Below are positions 25,432 through 38,543 of a stretch of 64,000 bases of DNA, piece after piece (position 1 is the first letter of the stretch; each line of letters opens with the position of its first letter). This DNA comes from Neodothiora populina (taxonomy: Eukaryota). The stretch is from NCBI RefSeq assembly GCF_041146345.1, contig NW_027191404.1, forward strand, positions 1,178,001-1,242,000, written 5' to 3'. The notes under the pieces are model-generated. The model was not told the DNA's origin and ran no database searches. It saw only the letters and a program-made list of their open reading frames with translations. Both the position numbers and the translations under genes were made by a program.

Positions 25432-28400
25432 CTATGCTATGACCCACTCGGTGCTTCGCTTTACGTATTTGTCAAGCAAGATGCCAATGTCGGAAAGCGC
25501 GAACCTGCAGACGTAGAAGCCGAAGAACTCAGCCGCGTGACGGGTGCTGAGCTCGAGGCCTATGTGGGTCGGTGAGGAGTGCTTCAAGCCTGGGTCTTCG
25601 ACTTGACGTGCTATTTGATCTGTTGAAAAAGCATTTAGCGTAGGAAAACAGATTGGACCGAGGAATGGAACATACCAAGTACTTGCGCTGCCTCGCACAG
25701 TCGTGACAGACTACCCATATATTCTTTAAGAGGTCCTTCGAATGCGGTCTCTTGCGCCGTATCACGTCTGTATATCGACCGCTTGTCCACAGGCACGAAA
25801 GATGTCATAGGTATACTGGCCATTGTGACGCCTTCCTTTTCGACGCGACCGCCAGACCCAAACGATCCACCGCTTGTGCTGAAGCCCGAGTTTTTGCTGC
25901 GCAATTTACGCCAGGAGCTCAAGTAGCTTTTGCCTGAATTCGTTTTCGGAGCATCTTTGCCTTCTGAGCTTACAGTCGTAGTCTCGGTTGTAACCGCATC
26001 CTTGAAAAGATTGCCTACGCCGTGTACGCCTACTTCATTGCCTAGTCGCTTAATCATCATTGATTGAATTCGCTCCATGACCTCTTCAAAGCTCTGAAGC
26101 TCTTCGAGGACGGCGTCAGCGTCATACGTATCGACAGTAGATAGCTTTCCGAGTGCTGCGGTCAGCAGATCCATGTTTGCAATTTTGTCGTCCACATACT
26201 TCAGCTTGACATTACGGGTTTGCCAAACATCGCGAGATACGAAAAGACGTGTTGTCAGATAGCCGCCTCGGGGATGAGTGATGGTCGATGCTATGCATCG
26301 CAATAACCAGAAGGGCCGTAGCAAAGCAGATTCGGGACAAGCCTCGATTTGCGGAGGATACATGGAGTTCTCGGATTGAGAGGATGATGGGCGGCTTGCT
26401 TCTGCGCCGACTGATGTGTCAAACAGCTGAGCTGTTGTATAGGCGCCGTTCTGAAGAGAGTAAGACCCTGCTGAAGGGGTGATATGAGGTCTTCGCGCAG
26501 CGAAAGGCTCATGTGTACCTGGGAAGAACGATGCTGACATTGGTGTCGCAGAGACAGGCTCACTTTCCTCTGAAATCAGCATACTCTGATCGCGCAGGCT
26601 GAGAGTCGATTTGTTCTTGCGGAAGAGTCGAGGCCGAGGAGATTTCATGCTACCGATAGTGCCTGCGCTGGGCGGGGCAGAGCTGTCCAGCAGATTTCCG
26701 TCGGTGTGGTCAGAACCCGCAGATGGGAGACCTGCGCCAGGGGACAAGACCTTCTTCTCGAATTGGTGCAGGCTCGGGACCTCCGAGATTGGTCTGTCAT
26801 CTTTCTCGGCATGCTCATCGCCATTAGCATTGTCCGTGTTGACTGGGAGCAGTGACGTTCGAGCCCATTGGTCCGGCTTCCTTGTAGTCTCGATTTTTAG
26901 TTGCTTGAAGTTGGGCCCAGTGCTCCGACGATCTTGCACACTGCGCGCACCTTCCGATATGATGCTCAGAGGTCTGGCAGAAGGATGTGTAAAGATAAAA
27001 TCTGGCGGCACGCCTTGGTGCGCTTCTGCATGAGGTGGCGCGGAAGAATTGTCGTCTACTTTTCCATCGGACATGAGTCCTCGATCACCTGTTGATAGAG
27101 ATGTCCCAGCAGTCGTCCTGTTTGATACGACCGAGCTTTGCCAAGTATCACGAGACATGAGACTCGAGTCGGACTGTCTTGGTAATGCGGATTTTGATTG
27201 CATGTCAAAGTCAAACCCATGCCCAGCGATATAGTCCCGCGTGATGTCGTCCAACATGCGTTCCTCTTCTGCAGCTTCATCCATGTCTTCCTCTGTATCG
27301 CTCGGGAAGTCGAAGCCCTGAATCGGTGCGGGACCCGATGTCTGGGAGCCATGAGCACCGGAGACCTGGCTGTCCATGGTAGCTGGCCTGGCAGCGTCGT
27401 GATCGGGTACATAACCATCTTCATACGCTGCCTCTACGGCTGCATCGAAGGCCGCATCGAAGTCCAGATCAGCTTCGGCGAGGGGCCCGCTGAGATCTCT
27501 TCGATGCAGATCGTGTTGTAAAGACCGAGAGTGCATTGAGGTGGTGTCAGATCCGGACTCATCAATAGTGTCAAGCCATGAGACCGAATCTGTAGGCTCT
27601 GCGCCTCCGCCAATTTCACCGGCATGCTCGTCGTGCGAATCTACCTCATGCCCAAATGTGCCATGATCCTCCTCCAGGTGGCTGTCTTGCGATGCGCGTG
27701 ACGGTGATCGGCGTGGTGTAAGTGGGCGCGGCATGTATGTGTCTTCGTACGCCTCAGGCCCACGAGCCGTACGATCACTCAACGTTGAAGCTCTGAGGGG
27801 AGCCTTTGTCTTCTCCCATAATGGGCCAAGGAAGGCCTCAGAAGACGAGCCTCCCTCGACCTCTCGTATGGCGTCGGAGAGAAAAGAGTGACGTGGCATG
27901 AAAGATGGATTTCTGGGAGCGTCAACAATGCGTGTCAGCGTGGCGGTCTCGATCACTGCAGAATCGCGGTCGCCTGCAAAGGCGGTATCGATGTTGACAT
28001 TAGGGTTGAAGTCTATGGATTCGTTGCTGGTAGGCCTCGGTGGTAAGCGTTTCTGCTCGACAGGTGAATGTGAAGTGGCTTGCAACTGAAGCAGTTCCTC
28101 GACACGGATGGCGTAGGTCTCGCGAATGGCCTCGAGTTTGCGCCTGTCGTCCACGCCATGGGTTCTATCCATGACGAAGTCGAGCAGTCTGCAAGCATCT
28201 TGATAAGCGTCCAGAGCGCCCTCGTAGTTCATAGCGTTGTCAAGCAGTACGGCGGTATTGGCCTTCTCCAGCGCTTTGGACAACATCGTCTTCTTGTCCT
28301 TCTCCCGCCTGTCCTTAGGTCTTGGTCGCTTTTGTGACGAGTCATAAGGAGACATATCTTCTATACTAGAGCTGGGATGGTGCTGATGATGCGAAGGTCG

Positions 28401-29204
28401 TCTGGTCGAATCGTGTGATCCACGACCCGGAGATTGATGCTGCCTCACAGACGGTGGACCTTCTCTTTTTGACGCACCCGCGACGGTGGCGCTAGCACCA
28501 AAGTAATCATTGCCAGTGTAACTTCGGGGAGTCAACAAGCCTGCGCTAGATGGCGTGAACGAGGTAGCAGTCAACATGATGTCCGAGCCATTGGGCGAAG
28601 CCACAGACGTGTTTGGTATTGCCAGAGACGATGTAGGCATGGCCTGCGGCAATGGCTTGTCGAATGAGGGAATGTTTCGTCGATGCTGATCATGAACCTT
28701 CATCGGCGAGCCTTCACGAGGCTTTACTGTCGATCGAGGGGACAACTCCTCCCGGTAAGGACTCCGCGGCTGCGAGATACTCGGCTTGCGTCTATTCCAT
28801 ATAGAAGGCGTCTCGGCGCCGCTGCCCCTCCTTTCTCTTCTGGGACTGTCTAGAGCTGGACTCGAAGCGGTTGACTGGGACCATCGATTGAGATTTCCCA
28901 CACCATCGTTGATCTGGGATTCTGGGACTTGAGAAACGGCGGCAGGGGATGGGGATCGAGCGATCCTGCTTGTAGGGATTTGTATTGAGAGCGAAGAATC
29001 GTCCAAGGGCAGGTGCGAGAAGCCTTGAGCACGAGCAGGAGGTTGAGAATCGAGCCTGTGGGAGATTGCTGGAGAAGGGGCTCGCTTCACTGTCACCACC
29101 GATGACGCAGACACGGACGGGGACCTCGTCCTCTTGGATTGGGCCTGTTGTGTTGAATAGTGGCCGGATTGATTCATCGAGACCACTGCAGCAGTGTGAA
29201 GCAT
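25432..29204 (-). CDS. Large MIT (microtubule interacting and trafficking) domain protein; intron 25620-25675; start codon uncertain (29204 or 29177)
   Basis: MIT-like helix bundle KKTMLSKALEKANTAVLLDNAMNYEGALDAYQDACRLL...LEAIRETYAIRVEEL. Structured C-terminus LLRPFWLLRCIASTITHPRGGYLT...DQIARQVEDPGLKHSS...FFGFYVCRF. Confidence 0.88.
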
Positions 29205-30371
29205 AATGTCTCGAGGCAAATTTCGACACCTTTCACCACCCTAGCAGGCCTAGGCGCCCAGAAGTCGCGATTGCTAGCAATATGGACTACCATGCAATGG
29301 ATCAGGATTGGCAGAGTCAAAGGCCCAATGAAGGTGTTTTCGCAAGCAATCAAGGCTGCAGGACGCCGGGAATCTGCAAGTAGCCGAGCATGCAATGCAG
29401 GTGTCGGCGCCAGGGCCGTGTCGTGTTCGCAGCGCTACTCGACGACAAGTTGTGCAGAATGCAGACGAACGAGGCGATGTCGATATAGGTTGGTGCAGTA
29501 TATCGGAAAGCGCGAGACTCGAATGTGGATATTCGGATGTTGTTTCTCGAACGGTCGGGTTATTGCATAAGACCAATGTGCAAATCGGGGTAGTCGCCAG
29601 GTCGAGAAAGGGCAGTTGGCGACAAACACGGATAGACAAAAGACAAAGTGTATAAGGTCGAGTATCTCCTGAGTAGCAACGCTCCAGACAAGTACAGTAC
29701 CAGATACCCTTGTCTGTGCTGCTTTTCCCGGGTCGATCTCGACAAGTTAAGTGAAGTCACCTTCTCCTGTCGCTCACGCTTTCATCGACGTGACCTGGTC
29801 GAGAACGGGCGACGTGCAAGAGCAAAGTCTGTCTCCTGCGCGCGCGGGACGCTGAGATACCGTCTATTGACACACCTGGCTGTTGACGCCACTCTCAGGG
29901 AGGTCGAAAGTATGCGCGCGGGAGAGAGCAAAGGGCCAGAGGAATGAATATAGTACAACAACGGGCTGGCGAATAGCTGGTCGGGCAGTCAATCGCTGCG
30001 CAAACTCTCCGTCCTTCGCTGAACCGCGTATACGGGAATATAGAACAGTGACATTATTGTCAGTGCCAAAAAGCAGCTGCACTGCATCCCGCATATGCAA
30101 CCCCCCCCTAAGTTCACTACTCCAGTGTCCCACAGTGTCCCATTGTCTTGCCCCTTTGCCTTTACCTGTGCTTGGTTGCTTTCACGGGAAGATCGTCCAT
30201 CGCCAAGTCACATAGCGTCGAACCCTGATGTAAACTACTGGTCCCCTACGAGCAGCCAAAGGGTTTATCTAAGCTTGTGTGGTCACCGCACTTTTTACTA
30301 ATCTTGAGTTTGTCAATGCCGCCCTGCATTGTCCTTTCGGAAGTAAATAAGGTATACTAGGTCTGAGGAGC

Positions 30372-30403
30372 CGAAGCGGTCGAAGCGGTCGAAGCGGTCG
30401 AAG
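30372..30403. repeat. 9-bp tandem repeat (CGAAGCGGT) x3.5, intergenic
   Basis: cgaagcggt cgaagcggt cgaagcggt cgaag. Confidence 0.7.
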
Positions 30404-31416
30404 TGTTCAACCCGCATTCGACCGTCTGTATACTGTCGGAAATACATGATTATCATACAAGATGTGTTTTCGTGGGTCTGGCGTCCTGAAGGAGCCCGTA
30501 CCTGCATCCACCTCAAGAAGCAATCGGCAGATGTACAGAATTGCATGTCCATGCTGAACCCTACAAGCACGGAGCACAAGCGCCTGCACATATCCTGTGA
30601 TGCTGCTTTGTAGTCATCGAGGCATTGCATAAGTTGGAAACTTCAGATGGCCGCATATCGCAATGTGCGGCCATGTGAGAATGACGCATATCTCCGGCAG
30701 AGTCCCTCTATCGTAGGGCACGCACTGGTTCACTGGCGACTCCGATAAGAACATCTGTGCCTGTCAGTGAGCTCTGGATGGCTTGCAAAGGATCTCATTT
30801 CGTAAAGATAACTTCGGATAACACGAGTGGGTGCCCCCGGCGCGAAATCAGTGCTGTATGCCTCGCTATGATGCGCCCACAAGTGCATCACAGCACGATG
30901 GTGATTTTGTAGATAGTCTGGCTAATTACCTTAGCTTAGGTAGGACATGTTTTCGACTTTGTCCACTTCTATTCCGCATGTTTTGCTCATAAAGGGCTAT
31001 ATTCTAGTTCACCATACCTTAACCACACATCAGAATAGAGGAATCAAAAGTATGAACTTTTGCAATTGTAGAGTCTTGTTCATAGTAGTGGGGTTCCGAG
31101 TGAAGGCCAAGTAGGATATCACCAAAACATTCAACTGCTTTGCATATCTCTTTCTGTATCGTATCAATTCGTTGTGTGTACTCATTTCCGATGTGCATAC
31201 CTTGCATAGACCTTCATAATATGTGTAGAAAGAATACACAAAAATGCGGTGCGGAGGCATCCTCGAGACCCCCGAGAGACGCCAGGACGCTCGGACTCCT
31301 ACGGTCCATCCCAAGAAAGCTTGCGATATATCAAATTCAAGCCTCAAAGCGACGTCAAAAGTATCCCGGCGTCCGCATACCAGTCTTGATCTACAGTCCA
31401 ATACAGCCCACACATC

Positions 31417-32019
31417 ATGTCGAAGAAACAAGCAGCGGTCGACCAGATCGTTAAACTCATAGTCGGCGCAGGCCAGGCATCACCCTCGCCGCCGGTCGGT
31501 CCTGCTCTTGGTTCCAAAGGTGTCAAGTCTATGGATTTCTGCAAAGTGAGTTCAAATCACACCATTGCTTCTTTCGCATCTTGGTACTCAGTCTCTAATA
31601 TGCGCATTCAGGAATTCAACGCCAGAACAGCAAACTACAACCCCGGCACACCCATCCCTGCCCGCGTGACAGTACGACCAGACCGATCCTTCACATTCGA
31701 ACTGCGCACGCCGCCCACCACATCTCTCCTCCTGGCTGCAGCAGGCGTACAGCCTAAGAAGAACAAGTTACGCGGCGCGGGCAACGTAGCGGGGCCGCAC
31801 AGTAAAGCCGGACTCGCGGGCGTGGGAAAAGCTAGCGGTGGTCATGCGGCGAATGGAAATGCGGGCTTGGGTGTTGTCGGCAGTGTCAGCTTGAAGCATG
31901 TCTATGAGATCGCGAAGATTAAGCACTCTGAGGCCAGACTGAGTGGGTTGTCGTTGAAGAGTGTGGCGAAGAGCGTGGTGGCGCAGGCTGGAAGTATGGG
32001 TGTTGTTGTCGTTCCATGA
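31417..32019 (+). CDS. MRPL19: Mitochondrial ribosomal protein uL11m; intron 31546-31611
   Basis: [39 protein letters not shown]...VRPDRSFTF...[13 protein letters not shown]...AGSMGV. Confidence 0.95.
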   Translation: MSKKQAAVDQIVKLIVGAGQASPSPPVGPALGSKGVKSMDFCKVSSNHTIASFASWYSVSNMRIQEFNARTANYNPGTPIPARVTVRPDRSFTFELRTPPTTSLLLAAAGVQPKKNKLRGAGNVAGPHSKAGLAGVGKASGGHAANGNAGLGVVGSVSLKHVYEIAKIKHSEARLSGLSLKSVAKSVVAQAGSMGVVVVP

Positions 32020-33391
32020 GTGGTGATTACAGGCTACTGGCGAGGATTATCTGGACGGGTATGCGAGCATGACATCTGATCGCAATCATCCTCCGGGGGC
32101 ACGCGCAAGCAACATACAACAAGCAACATAAAACGTTCAGCAGTGTGGAAGGCGTTCAAAGAGCATCGGATTGGCGTTCATGGGGATGGAGTTATATATC
32201 TCCTTGGGAAACATGTATAGCTGGTGAATGGAAGTCGACATTGTATCACATGTACGATTATACAGTGAGAGGCTACGAGAAGAAGAAAGATATCAATCCT
32301 TATTGCATACGTCGCACGAGAGTGTTCTCCCTTATGCTTGAGTGAGCGTATGCTCGATCTACCTGAAGAATAACAATCCGCCTTTGCTAGATTGTCTCTA
32401 CCTGGCGTTGATGCTCAGAATACAGTATATATACCGTAGGCATCTCTGGCTTTTTGACATGCTTGAAAAATTGCCAAGCAGCGAAACGGGCACAAGGTGG
32501 CAATCAGATCGCCGACCTCGACTTTCAGGGAGCTCACTTCGAAAAGGCACATTCCACAATGACCTTGGGAGTATTCGACGTTCCATTGTGCGTGGCGCAA
32601 GCAAGATTATCTATAGGTCCGACGAGTTTATCGATGCGATAATCTCAAGCTTGAGATGGCAACGACACTTTCGCAACTGCCGAATGGACCTTTCTGTGCC
32701 CGAGAGCCAAGCTTGTGTCGTTGCACAAGACTCGCTGCCTAATGTCTCTCAAGACTCTGTGAGGATGCAGACACGATCGGCATTCTATCCCCGAGATAGC
32801 AACACAAGCTACAAAGGTAGCAAGGGAATCTGACCGGTCGTCATACATACCGTCCATATTCACAATCTGATTGGACATATACGAGGCAGCTGATCTTGGA
32901 ACGTCCTGATCCGGCTGATTTACAGCCCCCAAATACGAGGCGTTCGGCCATGCATGCAGAATTTACTGTAGCTTCGCCAGAAACGAATCACATGCATCAA
33001 CTTCACCTTGGCCAAGATAATATGGCTGCAATGCCTCTTGAGGATCTGGTCGAGCTGATGAGGCTTGTGGACTAGGTTGGACGACAAATTGGTATATGCT
33101 CACGGAACCAGGCTCTAGGTGGTTGTAATCCGCTCAAGAGATTGCAGAATAGCGAATCGAGCGCCATAACGATGCTGGAGGCACGGCTATGCTCATCCCA
33201 GTAAGGCCACCATGCATGTGCATGCCTTGAGGTCCTATCAATACATATATGTCACGTCAGCAGCATCGACCAGTAGCGTCGAAGTCGCCTTCATCTCCTT
33301 CATTTGTTTCGGACAGCCTAAGTTCTCTGCTCCCAAGCACTTTGTCATTCCATCAACCCACAGATTCGTATGCTAGATCGCCATAAGACAA

Positions 33392-36300
33392 ATGGGGGTT
33401 TCTCTTGAACCCGCGGAGCTTGCTCTTGGGCTGTTCATGTCATATTTCTGCTTATCTTTAGTATTTTTCACCAGCCAGTTCCATGTGTTCTGGAGCTTGA
33501 CACTTTGCACTACCACGTACTTTGGCAGCCATCTATACTCAGCACCTTCTTTGCCTGGTGCAATATGCTGTCTCCTGTCGTTTTCTCTGACACTGTTACT
33601 GTCTCCTCTGACTGCCTTCTTCGGGTTTTGGTCTCCGAAAGTCGCTAGGGTCAAGCGATCAACAGACATCTTCTTGTCCCCTTCCCAAAAGGGTGTCAAG
33701 CAGGAAGTGTACATAGACATCGTTGCTGTTCATGGGTTAGCCTCCGATCCAGAAACCACATGGGAATGGCGTCCACCAGTCGCTACGGACGATCCAAAAG
33801 ACAGAGCGGCATCACGACAACCTTCATGGCTCCGGGATATTTTACCTCAAGAAGACCTGAATGCTCGCATCATAGCCTTCAATCACTATTCAGCATGGTT
33901 GGCTGAAGCAAACTGCAAGTCTTTAGAAGATCACGGCAATGATCTTCTCCTAGCTTTACGCAAGGTTCGCAACGATCCTGAATCAGCGAGTCGGCCCATT
34001 GTTTTCATAGGCCATAGCTTTGGGGGCCTCGTCATCAAACAGACTGTCACAAATGCGTCTAAAAAGTACAGTGATAAAAACTGCGCTGCGATCGTTCATA
34101 ACATAAAGGGATACATCTTTCTCGGTGTACAACATCAAGGTGCTTCCTTCACACTCTTTGGACAATTACTTACGCTATTGGGGCACTGGCTTGGGTCTGC
34201 CACGACCTTGCTTGATGTACTCAGGCCAGGCTCGGACGTAAATCGAACCCTTCACAATGACTTTATGAAGATTGTGAATAAACACAATATCATATGTTTC
34301 TTTGAAGGATTTCCCGAGATATTATTTGGGCTGCCTCTAACATATGTTTGTAGATTCTGGTATACTATTTGTCATTCTTTGTCTAACATCCACTCCACAG
34401 ACCGTTACAACAGAATCTGCTACAATCAGTGGCTGCGATAAGTTTGGATTTGACCGGGATCACCGCAATCTCCAACGTTTTGGTGAGGCCAACGATAAAG
34501 ACTATAGAACCCTTGTATATTTTTTTGGACATATGGGCTAAAGATAGCCGTGACAAAGCTTCAGGTATGGTGTAGGACAGACACCTATATCTGACTTGTA
34601 ATCAAGTTCTGCAGCATTGCTGATATCCTGAAGCCCAGAAAGCACGCAAAGTTGAGAAATTGACTGAAGAACAACATCGTAAGTTCATACAGCTTAACAC
34701 CTGAGATGAGAAAGCTAAAAAAAAGGCTGTAGATAGCCTTCAAACTCTCGCATTCAGAGAGATGAGTAATCGCCGTGACGATATCGATGAGGCCGCGGAT
34801 TGCACTTGTGCTTGGGTGCTTCATCACAAAAGTTACAAAGACTGGCAGCAAAATCGGCAAGGCCTCTTATGGATCAAGGGGAATCCAGGCACCGGAAAGT
34901 CTACCCTCATGAAAAACATCTCTGAGAAGAAGAAGTTAGATACCGAGTCCATCACAATCGCGTACTATTTCAGCGCCCGAGGTGCAGAGATACAAAAACA
35001 AAGCAATGGACTCTTTCAGGCACTTCTTCATCAGTTATTCATATCGAGGCCGTATCTAAGTGCAGACTTCACCAAAGAATTCAAACGCAGGCAGAATCTC
35101 ATTGGCGAGTATGATAAGCGGAAGTGGGTTTGGTCCAAGGAGGACATACGGCGTCACTTTGAGCGCGCGATATTGGAGAGTTCGAAGAGCGAAAGTATAC
35201 ATCTTTATGTCGATGCACTGGACGAGAGCGGGGAAGATACTGCCCGGGAGATTCTAAGCTACTTTGACAGGCTATTGATTCAAGTTTCTCAGCAGAATGG
35301 GTCGCTCAAAGTCTGCCTAGCGTCGCGCCATCATCCCCTGGAAGATCTTGTTAATGGCAACGAGATTCGCATGGAAGAAGAAAATCATAACGACATCCAG
35401 GCTTATATAAATCAAAGACTAGGACTCGACCCTCATAGCCGATACTACCACTCTGCGACTCTGCAAATAGCGACAATCGAAAGGGCGGCCGGTAATTTTC
35501 AATGGGTATGCCTGGTCGTGCCACGGATATTGAAACTTTGCTCACAAGGACTAAACCAAGGAATGATACTCGAAGCCATCAGCCAGACTCCTAAAGAACT
35601 GCACGACCTTTATACAGAGTTATTGCGAGAGACCGATGGAGAAAAGAAAGAAGATAGAGAAGCCCTCCGGCGTCTGATGACGTGGGTTTGCTTTGCTATA
35701 CGGCCCCTCACAACCTCCGAGGTCTATCATGCGATCGCCCTCGATCTTGAAAATCCGATTCAGAACATTAATGAATTGAAAGTGGCAGACAATCTCGATC
35801 TATTGGTATCAAGGATACGATCGCTTTCGCGTGCCTTACTAGAGATCCGCACCTCTAGCAGATATAGTGGTTGTGCTGGAGAGCCAAACACAGTCAGATT
35901 TATACAGCCAATACATCAATCGGTGCAAGATTTCATGGTCGACAAAGGACTCTCGGTCCTCCAGCCCAGCATAGCAAAGCGATTGGACGGTCTGTACTCT
36001 TGTACCTTGCTCGAACGACTTGACACTTTTGACTCGACCACGAAGGCACACTTTGAGCTCTCACAGCTATGCATTCTATATCTGAAGACAACAGATATAA
36101 AGCTAATTGATCCAGTGAAGCAGAACGCAAAGCATTTGTCTCGTTCGGTACCCCTTCTAGGCTACGTGCTAGAAGAATGGCCAGTGCATCTAAAGGCTTT
36201 GGACAAACAAGCAGGGGATCTGTACGAGGACCTTGTGTCAACAAACAAGCTTCCCGAAGACTCATCAGTGTCACAATGGGTCAACTTAATGTTCAGACAT

Positions 36301-37587
36301 GGTCTAGCCTATATGAGTCTCCCAACGATAGCAATACGTCGACCATATTTGCTACAAGACCATGCAACATTACTCCGTGTAGCAGCAGCGTATGGGATAG
36401 CTGGGCTTGTGGGCGCGTTGCTTCGAAACGAAAAGCCGGCGAACACCATGCTCATCGATATCCACGGGAACAACAGTCTCAAAACAGGGAACGATTGGTG
36501 GGACGGCCTTATTTACCTTGCATCTGCTGCCGACCATCTTGATGTTGTACTTGCTCTACTTGCAGAAATGCAGGCTGACATCAATCTCAGAAGGTCAGAA
36601 GTGAACGTTGCCTTAGGTCACGCAGCGGCTAGGGGCTTCACAAGCATTTGCGAAGCTCTACTTCAGCAGGGCAGAGCGGACATCAACTCGAGGGACGAGT
36701 TCGGCCTGGCACCGCTTTCACTGGCAGCTTATATGGGCAAAGATGAGTGTGTGAAACTTCTCACTGCTCGCAGACAACAACGTGGAACGAAACCTATGCG
36801 ACAATGAAGGCATGACGCCTCTCATGCTGGCTTTAAGATGGGGTCATTTCGACCATATAATGCTGTTACTAAAGGACAACAAAGTAGATCTCAAAATACG
36901 AGACTTGAACAGCATGACTCCTCTCTTGCTTGCGATCGCGCAGGGGATTCCGGAAATTGTTGATATATTGCTCGACAAAGCTACAAGGCCTGGTAAGAGG
37001 AGATCATGAGGCTCTGGGAAAGCACACTAGAGTGGCATACTCTAGGGAAGTTCTCAATCATTCTGGACCGGTTCGGTGTGGATGTGAACATCAGAGATGG
37101 CGAGGGCCGAACAGCGCTTCACCGCGGAGCATTCTCTGGGTTCAACCTTGCTTGCAGGCTTCTTTTACAAAGAGGGGCGGACAGGTTTCTGAAAGATGGG
37201 ACTTTCGAAACGCCCCTCGATCTCGCCCGGGAAGGAACATCCAGCATCGAGCGGAAAATAAGAGAAAGGGTGAAGAACAAGCAAGGGATGGAGTTGCAAC
37301 TTCAATCCATGGAGCCAGAGCTCAACCGGTCACACATGACAACTCTCGACGATGAAGCCGACCATACAGACAGCGACAGCGCTTGTCGGTCTGATGGTAT
37401 CAATACTCTGCGGGACGATCTCTACTATTACGAAGATATTATATCGATTCTCGAGCGTACCGAAGCTAAAAAAAACTGTTCCTGGACGACGAAAACGACA
37501 CACTTCCATTCGAATGGTTCGATTGCGATCATTAAGCGTGAAGCAATATCAAACGGAGTCAATCACTGCGTCTTATCAACGCCCTAA
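33392..37587 (+). pseudogene. NLR-like gene (hydrophobic N-terminus + SesB-like alpha/beta hydrolase + NACHT + ankyrin repeats), apparently disrupted
   Basis: Hydrolase DIVAVHGL, WLRDILP, FIGHSFGG. NACHT LAFREMSNRRDDI..TCAW, Walker A GNPGTGKS, Walker B LYVDALDE. Ankyrin repeats GLAPLSLAA, GMTPLMLA, GRTALHRGA. Lesions: T-run frameshift about 34520-34526, TGA 34621-34623, frameshift about 36760-36765. Confidence 0.82.
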
Positions 37588-38543
37588 CCCTATGCATTTC
37601 CTATATTCATCCTCACTTTTTCTTAAACAATCAAGTTCTGAATTACTATTCCAAGAGAACAAGTCCCGAGTCCAACCAAGTAGATCTCAATGATTGTTGA
37701 ATCTATGCCCATGAGAACAAGGCCTCGAATAAAGGGGAAACGGCTTTCGAAACGTAGTTTTATAGATTTTGTGGAAAGCCCCTTAGGAAAAATTACGCAT
37801 AGATGTCACTCACCACGCACAGCACCACAAACTCAGGCGAAAGCCTCGCCATATCAATCCTTGACTCGATGAAGACGCACGGAATGAGCGAAACTGCAAC
37901 TCTTGCGGATAGAATCTAGCTTTCACAGTTCGAGTCATATCTCACTTCTGCTATCTTTCTATAAAGAACCACTAGCAGTACTAAATCGTCCTTAATACGG
38001 TAGCTGACTATCATATGCACTGCATCCGCTTCCCTGATCCTACCTGATCAAGTTCATTAGACAATCAAACCATATCATGACCTATGACAGCACATACACA
38101 AAACTCATTCCGATTCACCACATGAAGACACCAGTAGAAAGATTAATTCAGTGAAAATTTGTTTCATTCCACTCAGAAATCTGAATCTCGCACCCAAGGC
38201 CAGCGCTACCGTCTTAAGAACCCTATATAAACCCCCTTTCCCTTGCAGTCGCCAATAATCCCACTCGATTCTGCAATGTGAGAATTACCCCCTTGTATGA
38301 ATATTTGAGTCCGCCTTTCCTGCTTCATACTTCCTGGCCTTAGTGTTATTGATGTTGATGAAGAACTCCGAATATCTGCCGCCCAACGCCGTCGCTAATA
38401 TGTGTGGGAATGGAAAAACCAAGTCTGAGTTGAGTTGAGTAGTGTGATTGGATAGAAATCCCTCGTGCTTCCGGCAGAGGCGTTATTGTGTTCTCTGCTT
38501 CCTGTTGATCTGATGTGTTGCGAATCATGTATCCATAACTTCT

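Noticed and set aside
32342..32932. Amyloid-signalling or effector partner gene next to the NLR
   Set aside because: No HeLo/gasdermin-like or amyloid-motif ORF was recognisable in any frame.
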